Assembly: GCA_003211115.1 (NCBI GenBank)
Contig: QCTP01000002.1
Span: forward strand, 398 to 64,397
Origin: Prochlorococcus sp. AG-673-M19
GTDB taxonomy: Bacteria > Cyanobacteriota > Cyanobacteriia > PCC-6307 > Cyanobiaceae
Direction: 5' to 3'
DNA: 64,000 nucleotides
In this document: positions 62,172-64,000 of the stretch, one piece after another
Numbering within the stretch: the stretch's first letter is position 1
Layout: the number at the start of each line of letters is the position of its first letter
Notes under the pieces: generated by a model
Seen by the model: only the letters and a program-made list of their open reading frames with translations
Told to the model about the DNA's origin: nothing
Database searches by the model: none
Translations under genes and position numbers: made by a program

Positions 62172-63973
62172 AATTTTTCGACTTGTTTACTTCTCCAGTT
62201 GGATTCAAAACCATCACTTTGTAAATTAATTGCTTGAGCTTCCAAGTCACTTTTTTTGATCCTCCATAGATTGTAAATACCATGAACACCTAATTTTTGA
62301 TGATTAATATTTGACCAATGTTCCTCTCTGGATGAATATTCATCTATAACTATCAAAAAGGATTCATTATCATAGTTAGGTTTATCTTGAAAATTAATCC
62401 GTCTATCAAATTTAAATCTTTCTAATAAATTAACGACTCCCTCCTCAGCACTAGATTCATAAAAAACTATTTGTTTGGTGTAAAAATGCAATGATGGTTT
62501 TCTTATCCCAATCATTGCTAAAGTTTCACTTCCCTGCCGAGAATTTAAAATTAGCTTAGAGATATTCCGTAAAGGAACTTGTCTAGTGTTATCAGCTAAT
62601 ATCCTTATTGGTGACATCAAAAATAATTGTCCAAAGAATAGAAATATTTGAAGATAAAATAATATATTTTTGGATCTGATGACGAGGAAAATTAGTCCAA
62701 TAAAACTAAAAGCGAAGAAAAACAATCTTGCTTTGAGAATTATTCCAGAACTTAATAATTCCGATGCAAGATTTGGCATCTCAGGATCATTTATTGAACC
62801 CAACCAAATATTTGATAAAAAGAAAGCTATTGAAAACCCGAACAAGATTAAAAGATTAATAATCCATAAATATGAAAAGGCTTTTTTTTGATTTTGAAGC
62901 TTCGTAAAACTATTACTTATTAGAATAGCTGCCGCTGGAATTGCAGGAAGCCAATAACTGGGAAGTTTTGTCGCGGAAATAGTAAAAAAAGTAAACACAG
63001 AAAATAACCAGCATAAAGAATAAATAAATAAACTTTCTGAGATATTACAACCTTTTTTTAAACTTATTTTAAAGTCATTAAAAGCCTCAAATATCCCATG
63101 AAATAAAAAAGGAGTAAATGGTAAAGATCCTATGATCATTATGTAAATGAAGAACCATAAAGGTTCTGCATGATTATTAACTACAGATGTATATCTCTGA
63201 AAATTGTGATAACCAAAAAAACTATCCCAAAATGGTTTTCCTTCTTTTATTAGCTCTAATACATACCAAGGTAGGCATATGATTACTGTAATTAATAATC
63301 CTCTTTTAGGGTTTATTTTAATAAGTAAACTTTTCCAATCTTTTTGACAAAACAAAAAAGTTGTAATAGTCAAAGCTGCTAAAACAAATGCTACAGGTCC
63401 TTTTGTTAAAATGGCTAGCCCTAAAAAAATCCATGGAGAATTACATTTATCCTTACTATCGGATGCCATTCTTCTCCAGAGCAAAAGAAGACTAATACCA
63501 AGCATTCCGCATAAAAGAGCATCACTTACAGCAGTTCTGCTCCATATAATAATTAACGGCGAAAGAGCGAAGCCTAAAGAAGCAACTATCGGAGAAAATG
63601 TTTTTTTTTCACCACTTTGAGGCCAACAGTAAATTGTATCCCCAATTACCAACATCAAAAATAATGACGCTAACGCTGAGGGAAGTCTTGCTGAAATTGT
63701 TCCAAAACTATCCCATACCTCATTCTTAGGTAACGAATAAAAAAGGCCAATTAGCCAATAGATAAGAGGTGGTTTATCAAATCGTAAAATCCCATTTACT
63801 TTTGGTGTTAACCAATCACCAGATTCACTCATTGCTCTCCCTGCAGCCGCAAAAAGTGGAGGGGTTTCATCTACTAATCCAGTAGAACCTAAACCTAAAA
63901 GAAAAATTAATGTCCCAAAGACTAAAATCACTAAAAGAGTAAGCAACCTTTTTTTTGACTTAATAAATCTCAT
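62168..63973 (-). CDS. ArnT/PMT-family GT-C glycosyltransferase
   Basis: DET, FDKPPL, RLPS, LTKGP, TKLPSY. Confidence 0.9.
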   Translation of the reverse strand: MRFIKSKKRLLTLLVILVFGTLIFLLGLGSTGLVDETPPLFAAAGRAMSESGDWLTPKVNGILRFDKPPLIYWLIGLFYSLPKNEVWDSFGTISARLPSALASLFLMLVIGDTIYCWPQSGEKKTFSPIVASLGFALSPLIIIWSRTAVSDALLCGMLGISLLLLWRRMASDSKDKCNSPWIFLGLAILTKGPVAFVLAALTITTFLFCQKDWKSLLIKINPKRGLLITVIICLPWYVLELIKEGKPFWDSFFGYHNFQRYTSVVNNHAEPLWFFIYIMIIGSLPFTPFLFHGIFEAFNDFKISLKKGCNISESLFIYSLCWLFSVFTFFTISATKLPSYWLPAIPAAAILISNSFTKLQNQKKAFSYLWIINLLILFGFSIAFFLSNIWLGSINDPEMPNLASELLSSGIILKARLFFFAFSFIGLIFLVIRSKNILFYLQIFLFFGQLFLMSPIRILADNTRQVPLRNISKLILNSRQGSETLAMIGIRKPSLHFYTKQIVFYESSAEEGVVNLLERFKFDRRINFQDKPNYDNESFLIVIDEYSSREEHWSNINHQKLGVHGIYNLWRIKKSDLEAQAINLQSDGFESNWRSKQVEKF

Positions 63974-64000
63974 TTAAGATAAAATTTTGAAATTAATTTT

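Noticed and set aside
778-63620. Many short antisense or alternate-frame ORFs in the track (e.g. 778, 2857, 3555, 8365, 17495, 25172, 34935, 36978, 50268, 62670)
   Set aside because: Nested in well-supported genes and lacking motifs; shadow ORFs
1-64000. CRISPR array, rRNA, integrase or transposase, recognisable anti-phage defence genes
   Set aside because: No repeat-spacer periodicity or diagnostic motifs seen

Overview
AT-rich chromosome segment of a high-light-type Prochlorococcus, judged from gene content (psbDC, a pcb antenna gene, several hli genes, class II RNR). Core blocks: prfC-nrdJ (0-5.1 kb); ychF-polA-cysS-dxr-pnt-NTRC-infA-ycf39-petM-ilvN-ycf4-psbDC-maf-cobQ (23-47.8 kb); and an iron-related neighbourhood with futA, piuC, a porin, glyQ, pcb and isiB (50-64 kb). 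There are two accessory regions. (1) An island at about 5.2-23.2 kb holds a glutamine riboswitch with its DUF4278 peptide, a five-gene cassette (GT2 polyprenol-P glycosyltransferase, GT-C-like membrane protein, two SAM methyltransferases, membrane desaturase) bracketed by decayed tRNA-like fragments, an hli cluster, a cytochrome c6 pseudogene and many tiny ORFs. (2) An islet of about 2.1 kb at the 3' end of tRNA-Ser(CGA) holds a formyltransferase + PIG-L deacetylase pair and a putative decayed att copy. The best candidates for an undescribed system are the GT/GT-C/MT/desaturase/MT cassette and the deacetylase/formyltransferase islet. All calls come from motif recognition by eye; no searches were run.
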